Source: Gemmatimonadota bacterium
GTDB lineage: Bacteria; Gemmatimonadota; Gemmatimonadetes; Longimicrobiales; Gaopeijiaceae
Assembly (NCBI GenBank): GCA_039589315.1
Contig: JBDHHQ010000006.1
Coordinates: forward strand, 64,001 to 128,000
DNA: 64,000 nt
Reading direction: 5' to 3'
Shown here: piece by piece, positions 56,018 through 64,000 of the stretch
Layout of the letters: every line of letters starts with the position of its first letter
Numbering within the stretch: the stretch's first letter is position 1
The notes under the pieces: model-generated
Databases searched by the model: none
Seen by the model: only the letters and a program-made list of their open reading frames with translations
Told to the model about the DNA's origin: nothing
Made by a program: the position numbers and the translations under genes

Positions 56018-58816
56018 ATGGACTCAGACAGCGTCAGTGAGCGTGGGACCACAGGAACCCAGCCGGGTCAGGATCTCCGTGCTCCCTGGCACCGCCTGAC
56101 TGCTGATTCCGCCCTCGAAGAGCTGCACGTCGGCGAAGACGGGCTGACGCCTTCAGAAGCGCGGGATCGCCAATCGGTCCACGGCCTCAACGTGATCGGC
56201 GAAGAGGCGCGCATCCGGCCGCTCCGCATCCTCGCTCACCAGTTCACGGGCGCGCTGGTCCTGGTTCTGGCTGCTGCCGGCATGATCTCGCTGGCCATCG
56301 GTCATTGGGAAGACGCGGTGGTGATCAGCATCGTGCTCGTCCTGAACGCTACGATCGGCTTCGCACAGGAATACCGGGCCGAGCGGGCCATCGCGGCGCT
56401 GAAGGGTCTGGTCGCGCCTCGCTGTGTCGTGATGCGCGGCGGGCGGAGACGGGAGGTAGACAGTCGGGAGCTGGTCCCCGGCGACCTGGTGGCGCTGGAC
56501 TCGGGGACACGAATCCCGGCGGATCTACGCCTGATCCGGACGACGGCCCTGAGCGTGGACCAGTCGCTTCTGACCGGTGAGTCCGTACCGGTGGAGAAGT
56601 CGGCCACCTGGACGGCGACGGCCTCCGAAACGCCGGTTGCCGAGCGCCGAAACATGGCGTTCATGGGCACATCGGTGGCATCTGGCCGAGGCCGCGGCGT
56701 GGTGGTGAGCATCGGTGTCGAGACGGAGCTGGGCGCCATCGCCCAGGACATCCGCGCCGTAGAGCGGCCGGAGACACCGCTCCAACGCCGCATGGAGCGC
56801 TTCGGCCGAGGGGTGGCGGTGGCCATCGTGGTGCTGGCGGGTCTCACCTTCGCCCTCGGGCTCCTCCGCGGCGAGTCCATGTCCCAGATGTTCTTGACCG
56901 CCGTGGCCATCGCGGTATCGGCCGTGCCTGAGGGCCTTCCCGTGGTGATGACCATCACGCTGGCCGTGGCTTCGCGCCGGATGGCCCGCCGCAACGCCTT
57001 CGTCCGCCGACTGGCTGCGGTCGAGACGCTGGGAAGCTGCACGGTCATCGCCACCGACAAGACCGGGACGCTGACCGAGAACCGCATGACCGTCACGTCC
57101 GTCTGGGCGGGTGGTGAATCCTTCGCTGTGGGCGGCGGCGGCCTCGACACGGAGGGAGCGATCCTGTCCCGAGGCGAGCCCGCCACGGCGGAGCTGGAGT
57201 CACCCCTCTACTGGACCCTCCTGGCGGGTGCCCTGTGCAACGAAGCGGAGCTGTCTACCGACGAGGACGGCGCCGTCCGCCCCCAGGGTGACCCCACGGA
57301 AGTGGCGCTTCTGATCGTCGCGGCGAAGGCGGGCCTGGTGCGGAAGACCGAGGATGCGGCCTATCCGCAGATCGACGCGGTGCCATTCGAGTCGCAGCGG
57401 GGGTGGGCAGCTTCCGTGCACCGGACGGACGGTGATTCGGTCGTGCTGGTCAAGGGGGCGCCTGAGCGGGTGATGGCCATGTGCGACTCGGTCCTGGTCA
57501 CCGGCGGAGAAGCGGGTCTGGAGCCCGAGGCCATAGGCGTCGAGGCCGAGCGGATGGGGGCCGCCGGGCTCCGGGTCCTGGGCATGGCAGTGGGGCGCGG
57601 GGAGTCGGTGGCCGGCAGCGTCCTCGCCGGCTCGCCTCGAGGCCTGGTGTTCGCGGGGCTCACGGGCATGATGGACCCGCCGCGGCCGGAGGTGTCGGAG
57701 ACGGTGGCGGCGTGTCGGCGGGCCGGCATTCGGGTTCTCATGGTGACCGGCGACCACGAGAGCACGGCGAGGTCGATCGCCCGGCAGGTGGGGATCGTGC
57801 ATGAAGACGGCGCCACGGTCGTGGCCGGGGACCGCTTGGCGGCGCTCACGGAGGACGAGCTGATCGAGGCCCTGGAAGTGGGTCGCGTCTTCGCTCGGGT
57901 CGCGCCGGCGGACAAGCTCAGGATCGTGGAGTCCCTGTCTCGGGTGGGCCACGTCGTGGCGGTCACCGGCGACGGAGTCAACGACGCGCCTGCCCTGAAG
58001 GCCGCTCACGTGGGCGCCGCCATGGGCAAGAGCGGCACGGACGTGGCCAAGGAGGCCAGCGACATCGTGTTGGCCGACGACCGGTTCGCCACCGTGGCCG
58101 CGGCGGTGGAAGGCGGACGAACTGCATTCGCCAACCTCCGCAACGCGACCTTCTTCCTCGTCTCTTCAGGAGCCGGCGAGCTTCTCGCGATCCTGGGGTC
58201 TCTGCTCCTTCGCTTGCCTCTGCCTCTGCTGCCGGCGCAGCTACTGTGGCTGAACGTGGTGACCAACGGGGTCGAGGACGTCGCGTTGGCCGTGGAGCCA
58301 CCGGATCCTGCGCGCTTCCGGGATCCGCCCAGACGCATGACGGAGGGAATCCTCTCTCGCCGCCTACTCGAGCGCCTGGTGGTCACCGGGCTCGTGATGG
58401 CCGCAGGGACGCTCTGGGTGTTCGTCGGAGAGTGGGGAGGGGACCCGGAGCGGTTGGCGGCGGCCAGGGTCGCGGCGCTCACCACGCTCGTGCTGTACCA
58501 GGTGTTTCATGTGGGAAGCTGCAGGTCGGAGACCCGGTCCGCTTTCGCCATGAGCCCCTTCTCCAACCGGTTCCTCTTCTTCGGTGTGGGTGCATCCCTC
58601 CTGTTGCACGTCGGCGCGATGTACTTTCCACCGACCCAGGTGCTACTGCAGCTCGAGCCTCTGGGGGCGGAGACATGGCTGCGCATGGCGGCCGTGGCCA
58701 CCACGGTCGTGATCGCCGTGGAGCTTCACAAGCGTCTTCGTCCCCCGGCCAGCCGTCGTGGACGCGGAAACGCGGCGACGCGGACGGCCCGCGACCCCGA
58801 ACCGGTCATGCCATGA
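56018..58816 (+). CDS. Cation-translocating P-type ATPase (type II, Ca2+/CtpF-like)
   Basis: TGES, PEGL, DKTGTLT, KGAPE, DPPR, TGDGVNDAPALK. Confidence 0.95.
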   Translation: MDSDSVSERGTTGTQPGQDLRAPWHRLTADSALEELHVGEDGLTPSEARDRQSVHGLNVIGEEARIRPLRILAHQFTGALVLVLAAAGMISLAIGHWEDAVVISIVLVLNATIGFAQEYRAERAIAALKGLVAPRCVVMRGGRRREVDSRELVPGDLVALDSGTRIPADLRLIRTTALSVDQSLLTGESVPVEKSATWTATASETPVAERRNMAFMGTSVASGRGRGVVVSIGVETELGAIAQDIRAVERPETPLQRRMERFGRGVAVAIVVLAGLTFALGLLRGESMSQMFLTAVAIAVSAVPEGLPVVMTITLAVASRRMARRNAFVRRLAAVETLGSCTVIATDKTGTLTENRMTVTSVWAGGESFAVGGGGLDTEGAILSRGEPATAELESPLYWTLLAGALCNEAELSTDEDGAVRPQGDPTEVALLIVAAKAGLVRKTEDAAYPQIDAVPFESQRGWAASVHRTDGDSVVLVKGAPERVMAMCDSVLVTGGEAGLEPEAIGVEAERMGAAGLRVLGMAVGRGESVAGSVLAGSPRGLVFAGLTGMMDPPRPEVSETVAACRRAGIRVLMVTGDHESTARSIARQVGIVHEDGATVVAGDRLAALTEDELIEALEVGRVFARVAPADKLRIVESLSRVGHVVAVTGDGVNDAPALKAAHVGAAMGKSGTDVAKEASDIVLADDRFATVAAAVEGGRTAFANLRNATFFLVSSGAGELLAILGSLLLRLPLPLLPAQLLWLNVVTNGVEDVALAVEPPDPARFRDPPRRMTEGILSRRLLERLVVTGLVMAAGTLWVFVGEWGGDPERLAAARVAALTTLVLYQVFHVGSCRSETRSAFAMSPFSNRFLFFGVGASLLLHVGAMYFPPTQVLLQLEPLGAETWLRMAAVATTVVIAVELHKRLRPPASRRGRGNAATRTARDPEPVMP

Positions 58817-60180
58817 GCGACACGCCCGTGTCATCAGCGCCCGAGAGAGTACTCGAAGGCGCGCTGCTGACCGACCTGTACGAGCTCACCATGCTTCAGG
58901 CCTACTGGTCCGGCACAATGACCCAGGAAGCCGTCTTCAGTCTCTTCGTCCGCCGCCTCCCCTCGTCGCGAAATCTCCTTTTGGCGTGTGGCCTACAGGA
59001 CGCCCTGGACTATCTGGAGGGTCTACGCTTCACTCCTGACGATCTCGACTATCTGGTTGGCCTGGACCTGTTCTCCAAGGAGTTTCTGCGGTGGTTGGAA
59101 GGCCTCCGGTTCACCGGAGACGTGTATGCCGTCGCCGAGGGGACGCCGGTCTTCGCCGAGGAGCCCCTGATGGAGGTGGTCGCTCCGCTGCCCGAGGCCC
59201 AGCTCGCAGAGAGCTTTCTCATGAACCAGGTCCACTTCCAGACGCTGGCCGCTTCCAAGGCGTGCCGGGTCGTCCAGGCCGCGGAGGGGCGAACGGTGGT
59301 GGACTTCGGCATGCGTCGCATCCACGGTGCCGACGCAGCGGTGAAAGCAGCCAGGGCCTTCCACGTGGCCGGGGTCCACGCCACCAGCAACGTGCTGGCG
59401 GGCAAGTTGTACGGGATTCCGGTGGCCGGCACGATGGCTCACAGCTTCGTGCAGGCCCACGACCGCGAGCTGGACGCATTCCGGGACTTCGTCTCGCTGT
59501 ATCCCGAGACCATCCTCCTGGTGGACACCTACGACACGTTGGACGGGGTGCGGAGCGTGGTGCGCCTCGCCAAGGAGATGGGTGAGGCGTTCGCGGTGCG
59601 AGGCGTGCGCCTTGACTCCGGGGATCTCGCCGACCTCGCCAAGGGCGCGCGTCGCATTCTGGACGAAGCCGGGCTGGAGGGGGTGGAGATCTTTGCCAGC
59701 GGCAGCCTGGACGAGTACGAGATCGCCCGCCTCGTAGACGGCGGTGCCCCGATCACGGGCTTCGGGGTCGGTACCCGGATGGGGGTCTCCGCCGACGCTC
59801 CGTCCCTGGACATGGCGTACAAGCTCACCGCCTATGGCGGGCGGGGTCGCCTGAAGCTCTCGCCCGCCAAGAGGATCCTCCCGGGCCGGAAGCAGATCTT
59901 CCGCACGGAGCGGAGCGGCACGGCCGTCGGAGACGTGCTGGCCCGCGCCGACGAACGGCTGCCTGGCCGGCCGCTGCTCCAGAAGGTGATGGAGGGAGGG
60001 GTGCGCCTGCCCAACGCCTCGCCCTCGCTCGACGAGATCCGTGACCGGGCCCGGCAGGAGCTCGGGCTGCTCGCTCCGGAGCTGAGGGGGATCGAACCTG
60101 CCGAGCGACCCTACCGGGTCGAGATGAGCCCGAGCCTGACCGCATATGCCGAGAGGTTGGCGGAGGAGGCGAGGACATGA
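58813..60180 (+). CDS. pncB: Nicotinate phosphoribosyltransferase
   Basis: LLTDLYELTM, DFGMRR, GTMAHS, LVDTYDT, VRLDSGD, FGVGT. Confidence 0.95.
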   Translation: MSDTPVSSAPERVLEGALLTDLYELTMLQAYWSGTMTQEAVFSLFVRRLPSSRNLLLACGLQDALDYLEGLRFTPDDLDYLVGLDLFSKEFLRWLEGLRFTGDVYAVAEGTPVFAEEPLMEVVAPLPEAQLAESFLMNQVHFQTLAASKACRVVQAAEGRTVVDFGMRRIHGADAAVKAARAFHVAGVHATSNVLAGKLYGIPVAGTMAHSFVQAHDRELDAFRDFVSLYPETILLVDTYDTLDGVRSVVRLAKEMGEAFAVRGVRLDSGDLADLAKGARRILDEAGLEGVEIFASGSLDEYEIARLVDGGAPITGFGVGTRMGVSADAPSLDMAYKLTAYGGRGRLKLSPAKRILPGRKQIFRTERSGTAVGDVLARADERLPGRPLLQKVMEGGVRLPNASPSLDEIRDRARQELGLLAPELRGIEPAERPYRVEMSPSLTAYAERLAEEART

Positions 60181-61118
60181 CTGCGGCGGGTAGGCGGACC
60201 CGCTCCCAGTGGCGGCGGACCCGCTACGCCGTGAGCAACGCGGACGTGGCGGACGCCCTGGAGCGGGTTGGCGATCTGCTGGAGGTCCAGGACGGGAACC
60301 CGTTCCGGATCCGGGCCTACCGGTCTGCCGCCGGCACGATGCGAACGCTCGATACACCCGTTTCCGTCCTCGTGCTGGAGGGCGATCCCGGCGCGCTGGA
60401 GCGTCTGCCCGGCATCGGAGCCGGGCTGGCGGGCGCCATTCGGGAGTTCGTGCTGACCGGTAGAATGCGCCTGCTGGATCGGCTGGAGGGGCAGGTCTGT
60501 CCGGAGGATCTGCTCCGGACCGTGCCGGGCATCGGGCCGGAGCTCGCCCGGCGCATCCACCGGGACCTGGACGTGGAGACGTTGGAGGACCTGGAGCTGG
60601 CGGCGCACGACGGTCGGCTCGAGACGGTCGAGGGCTTTGGACATCGGCGTGCGGAGGCGGTTCGGCAGACGCTCTCGGGCATGCTGGGGCAGGCCGTCCG
60701 GCGACGAGCCCTCGGCCGGGGACGAAGATGGGGGCCGTCCGTAGACGCCGGCCTGGGGGGTCTGGAGCAGCCCGACGCGCCGTCCGTGGCCGCGCTGCTG
60801 TCCGCGGACGAGGAGTACCGTCAGAAGGCCGCTGTTGACGAGTTGCCCATGATCGCGCCCCGCCGGTTCAACCCCACCGGAGAGGCGTGGCTGCCCATCC
60901 TCCACACCGAGCGGGATGGCTGGCACATCACGGCGCTCTTTTCCAACACGGCTCGTGCCCACGAGCTGGGTCGAACGCACGACTGGGTGGTGATCTACGC
61001 CGACGGTGAGCACGGTGCCGAGCAGCGCTTTACTGTCGTGACGGAGTACCAGGGTGACCTGGCCGGCCGACGAGTGGTGCGGGGGCGCGAGCTGGAGTCA
61101 CGCCTCTACTACGGCTGA
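60177..61118 (+). CDS. Helix-hairpin-helix protein with PolX-like N-terminus but no polymerase/PHP domains
   Basis: N..VA..L...NPFRIRAYR, LPGIG, VPGIGP, EGFG HhH motifs; unrelated C-terminal domain IAPRRFNP...ALFSNTARAH. Confidence 0.8.
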   Translation: MTAAGRRTRSQWRRTRYAVSNADVADALERVGDLLEVQDGNPFRIRAYRSAAGTMRTLDTPVSVLVLEGDPGALERLPGIGAGLAGAIREFVLTGRMRLLDRLEGQVCPEDLLRTVPGIGPELARRIHRDLDVETLEDLELAAHDGRLETVEGFGHRRAEAVRQTLSGMLGQAVRRRALGRGRRWGPSVDAGLGGLEQPDAPSVAALLSADEEYRQKAAVDELPMIAPRRFNPTGEAWLPILHTERDGWHITALFSNTARAHELGRTHDWVVIYADGEHGAEQRFTVVTEYQGDLAGRRVVRGRELESRLYYG

Positions 61119-62749
61119 GGCCGACCTGGCGCCACGGCCCACTCCCTCTCTCTCAGCTCCCGCCGGAGAATCTTGCCACTCACGGTCTTGGGGAGTGCCT
61201 CGACGAACTCCACCTTCCGCGGGTACTTGAACGGAGCGGTGGTCTCCTTGACATGCTCCTGGAGGGCGTGGATCAGATCGTCGTCGGGCTCGGTGCCCGG
61301 CGTCAGAACCACGAACGCCTTCACCACCTCGCCCCGTACGGCGTCGGGGCTCGAGACCACGGCCGATTCGGCTACTGCCTGGTGCTCCAGCAGCGCGCTC
61401 TCCACCTCGAAGGGGCCGATGCGATACCCCGACGAGATGATCACGTCGTCGGCCCGGGCGATGAACCAGAAGTAACCGTCCCCGTCCCGGGTGGCCCGGT
61501 CCCCCGTGACGTACCAGGGACCCCGGTACGTGCTCGCCGTCTTCGCGGGGTCCTTCCAGTACTCCTTGAAGATCCCGACAGGACGGTCCGGCGAGACCCG
61601 GACCGCAAGGTCGCCTCGCTCTCCGGCCGGGAGCGCGTGGCCGCCTTCGTCGATTACGGCCAGTTCGAACCCGGGCGCCGCAACGCCCATGGAGCCGGGC
61701 CGGGGCTCGACGTCCGTGAACGTCCCCGCCAGCACCACCGTTTCCGTCTGTCCGTACCCGTCCCGGATCGTGATCCCGGTCGCCCTCCTCCAGGTCGCCA
61801 CGATCTCGGGGTTGAGCGGCTCACCGGCGGCGACGCACGAACGCAGCGTGGCGAACTCGAAGCGAGCCGGATCCTCCAGCACGAGCATGCGGTACACCGT
61901 TGGCGCTCCGCAGAAGCTGGACACCGGGTGCGCAGCCAACAGCTCCAGCGCCCGCTCCGGCTCGAACTGCTTCGCATGGTGCACGAACACGGCTGCTCCC
62001 ATGTGCCAGGGGCCGAAGATGGAGCTCCAGGCGGCCTTGGCCCACCCCGTGTCGCTCAGATTCCAGTGGAGATCTTCGGGGCCTAGCCCCAGCCAGAAGC
62101 GCCCGGTGATCACGTGGGCGAGAGGGTAGGACGCATGGGTATGCATCACCATCTTGGGCGCGCCGGTCGTGCCGGACGTGAAGTAGAGGATGGCGTTGTC
62201 GTCACTTCGGGTCGGGACGGCCGGAAAGTCGGACGAAGCCTCCCGAACCGCATCGTCGCAGGAGATCCACCCCGGCCGTTCGTCGCCGACGAGCAACCGG
62301 CCGCGCACCTCCGGGAAGTCGTCCATGACCTCGTCCACGTGCTGGGCGGTGTCGGCGTCGGCGACCACACACGCGGGCCGAGCTGCCCGGAGCCTGTAGG
62401 CGATGTCCTTGGGGGAAAGCTGGACCGTCCCGGGGCACACCACCGCGCCCATCCGCAGGCACGCGAGGTTGAGCACCCACCACTCCACGAGCGCAGGCAG
62501 CAACACGAGCACGACGTCGCCACGCCTCACCCCCAGGGACGCGAGGACGTTCGCCGCGCGCCGGCTCCGTCGGGCCATCTCGTCGAAGGTGACACGGAGC
62601 TCTTGGCCCTGGTCGTCGACCCAAAGGAGGGCCAGCTTCTCGGATTCCTCGGCCCAGAGATCCACGACGTCGGCGGCGAAGTTGTACCGCGCCGGGACGT
62701 CCAGTCGGAAGTCCTCGCGCGAGATCGTCCCGGTCAAAACAGCCCCCAC
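61109..62749 (-). CDS. Medium-chain acyl-CoA synthetase (ACSM-like)
   Basis: YFTSGTTGAPK, SDTGWAK, GYGQTET, SGYRIGPFEVES, LPKTVSGKI. Confidence 0.9.
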   Translation of the reverse strand: MGAVLTGTISREDFRLDVPARYNFAADVVDLWAEESEKLALLWVDDQGQELRVTFDEMARRSRRAANVLASLGVRRGDVVLVLLPALVEWWVLNLACLRMGAVVCPGTVQLSPKDIAYRLRAARPACVVADADTAQHVDEVMDDFPEVRGRLLVGDERPGWISCDDAVREASSDFPAVPTRSDDNAILYFTSGTTGAPKMVMHTHASYPLAHVITGRFWLGLGPEDLHWNLSDTGWAKAAWSSIFGPWHMGAAVFVHHAKQFEPERALELLAAHPVSSFCGAPTVYRMLVLEDPARFEFATLRSCVAAGEPLNPEIVATWRRATGITIRDGYGQTETVVLAGTFTDVEPRPGSMGVAAPGFELAVIDEGGHALPAGERGDLAVRVSPDRPVGIFKEYWKDPAKTASTYRGPWYVTGDRATRDGDGYFWFIARADDVIISSGYRIGPFEVESALLEHQAVAESAVVSSPDAVRGEVVKAFVVLTPGTEPDDDLIHALQEHVKETTAPFKYPRKVEFVEALPKTVSGKILRRELREREWAVAPGRPQP

Positions 62750-63846
62750 CGGCGACGGCTCATGGCGGCGCGAACCCGCTCGGTCGCCAGGGCCTCTGCA
62801 GCCTCCCGTGGCAGAATCCCCCGGTCCCGGGAGGTCGACAAAACGCGTCCGGTGTTCTCCCGGAGCTTCTCCTCGATGGTCTCGAGGGCCTGCGTTCGGG
62901 TTCCCCCCGCGTACTCGACGGCTGCGCAGATCACGCCGCCGGCGTTGGCGATGAAATCGGGCAAGACGACGACGCCGGCCTCCGCGAGCGTCCGCTCAGC
63001 GGCTTCCGTGCATGGGATGTTCGCCCCCTGAGCAATCAATCGAGTCTTCAGCCGGTGGACGTTGTCCTCGCGGATTACGTCGGGCCGGGCCGCCGGCACC
63101 CAGATTTCGCACTCGATATCGAGCACGGCGTCGCGATCCAGGGCCTCGCCGGTAGGGTGATCGGCAACGCTTCCGCCTCCGTCCTTGGTGCGGATGAGCT
63201 TCTCCACGTCCAGCCCATCCGGGTCGGAGATCGCGCCGCGCGAGTCCGAGGCGCCCACGAGCACGGCGCCCTCCTGACAGAGGAAACGCGCCGCGTGCTT
63301 GCCGACGGCGCCGAACCCCTGGATCACCAACCGAGCTCCGGCGAGCTCGAAGTCACAGTACTCCACTGCCACGAGCACGGAATGGGTGAGTCCGAAGCCG
63401 GTGGCCCCGATCTCGTCGAGAGGGATCCCACCCGAATCATCCGGCAGGCCCACGACGCGACCGATCTCGTCCCGGATCCACGCCATGCACGTCTCGTCGG
63501 TGCCCATGTCGGGCCCGGGGATGTAGCTCAGGTCGTCCCGTATGGACGAGGCGAAGCAGCGCAAGAGGCGCTCTTTCTCCCTGGCGGGCATCCCGGGGTC
63601 CGCGGCGATGACCGCCTTGCCGCCTCCGTGGGGCAGTCCCGCGGCGGCGTTCTTCAGGGTCATGGCCCGGGCCAATCGCGCACATTCCTCGGCAGTGACG
63701 TCCGGGGCCAGGCGAATGCCCCCGATGGAGGGGCCGATGGCCACGTTGTCGACCACGACCATGCCCTCGAGCCCGACCGCCCGGTTCTGGAGGTACAAGA
63801 CCCGGAAGGGGCCCAGGTCGTCAGCGCGGGGTAGAGAAAGGTCCAT
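62734..63846 (-). CDS. Glu/Leu/Phe/Val dehydrogenase
   Basis: GGIR, MTLKNA, GGGK, PGPDMGT, QGFGAVG, PDFIANAGGV. Confidence 0.9.
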   Translation of the reverse strand: MDLSLPRADDLGPFRVLYLQNRAVGLEGMVVVDNVAIGPSIGGIRLAPDVTAEECARLARAMTLKNAAAGLPHGGGKAVIAADPGMPAREKERLLRCFASSIRDDLSYIPGPDMGTDETCMAWIRDEIGRVVGLPDDSGGIPLDEIGATGFGLTHSVLVAVEYCDFELAGARLVIQGFGAVGKHAARFLCQEGAVLVGASDSRGAISDPDGLDVEKLIRTKDGGGSVADHPTGEALDRDAVLDIECEIWVPAARPDVIREDNVHRLKTRLIAQGANIPCTEAAERTLAEAGVVVLPDFIANAGGVICAAVEYAGGTRTQALETIEEKLRENTGRVLSTSRDRGILPREAAEALATERVRAAMSRRRWGLF

Positions 63847-64000
63847 GCGGAAGTTCCTTGTCCTGGTGTTTCCGTGGTTTCAGCGGCTTGCGGGAATGGT
63901 GCGCGAATCCGAACCGGGTTTGACATCACGGGCAAGCGGACAGCGCGGAAGACCACCGAGCGGGTGGCGATGATCGCGAGGCGTACGGTCTACGGGGTCT

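Noticed and set aside
63918..63940. FNR/CRP box upstream of the dehydrogenase
   Set aside because: Only TTGAC is present with no matching second half-site, and the context is cut off by the window edge

Overview
This is a GC-rich bacterial chromosomal window. The gene style (many signal-peptide beta-propeller proteins, choice-of-anchor B proteins, Bor-like lipoproteins) suggests Gemmatimonadota, which is an inference. It holds about 55 CDS, and I recognised no rRNA, tRNA or CRISPR array. Main blocks: (1) 0.1-11.7 kb: NRAMP-like transporter, an oxalyl-CoA ligase/PanE-like pair, cyanophycinase, NDH-2 and a nupC-pfkB-guaA nucleoside block. (2) 11.8-26.4 kb: an extracytoplasmic thiol/selenol redox locus with CcdA, TlpA and two peroxiredoxin-like genes. 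The ORF track splits each of these two genes at an in-frame TGA sitting exactly at the catalytic Cys position, and each TGA is followed 14 nt later by a 7-bp SECIS-like hairpin, so both are probable selenoproteins. They are interleaved with two choice-of-anchor B paralogs and other beta-propeller proteins. (3) A decayed DUF222/HNH element with repeats, a VWA protein, a lycopene cyclase, a Tat-RidA-folM-folB-folK run, plsC and a two-subunit aconitase X. (4) A sulfide detoxification divergon (ArsR, SQR, two YeeE/YedE proteins, persulfide dioxygenase-rhodanese) with two inverted, similar promoter/operator blocks. (5) An Rrf2-headed heme-copper oxidase operon whose active-site Tyr is replaced by Gln (eNOR-type nitric oxide reductase). 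It is divergent from a cytochrome b/2x[4Fe-4S]/MvhD fusion protein, a candidate uncharacterised electron-input module, and a His-to-Tyr histidine kinase lies downstream of that fusion. (6) A truncated hypE, a CopD-like protein, a P-type ATPase, pncB, a polymerase-less PolX-like protein, an acyl-CoA synthetase and a Glu/Leu/Phe/Val dehydrogenase. All family calls come from motif recognition by eye; no database searches were run.
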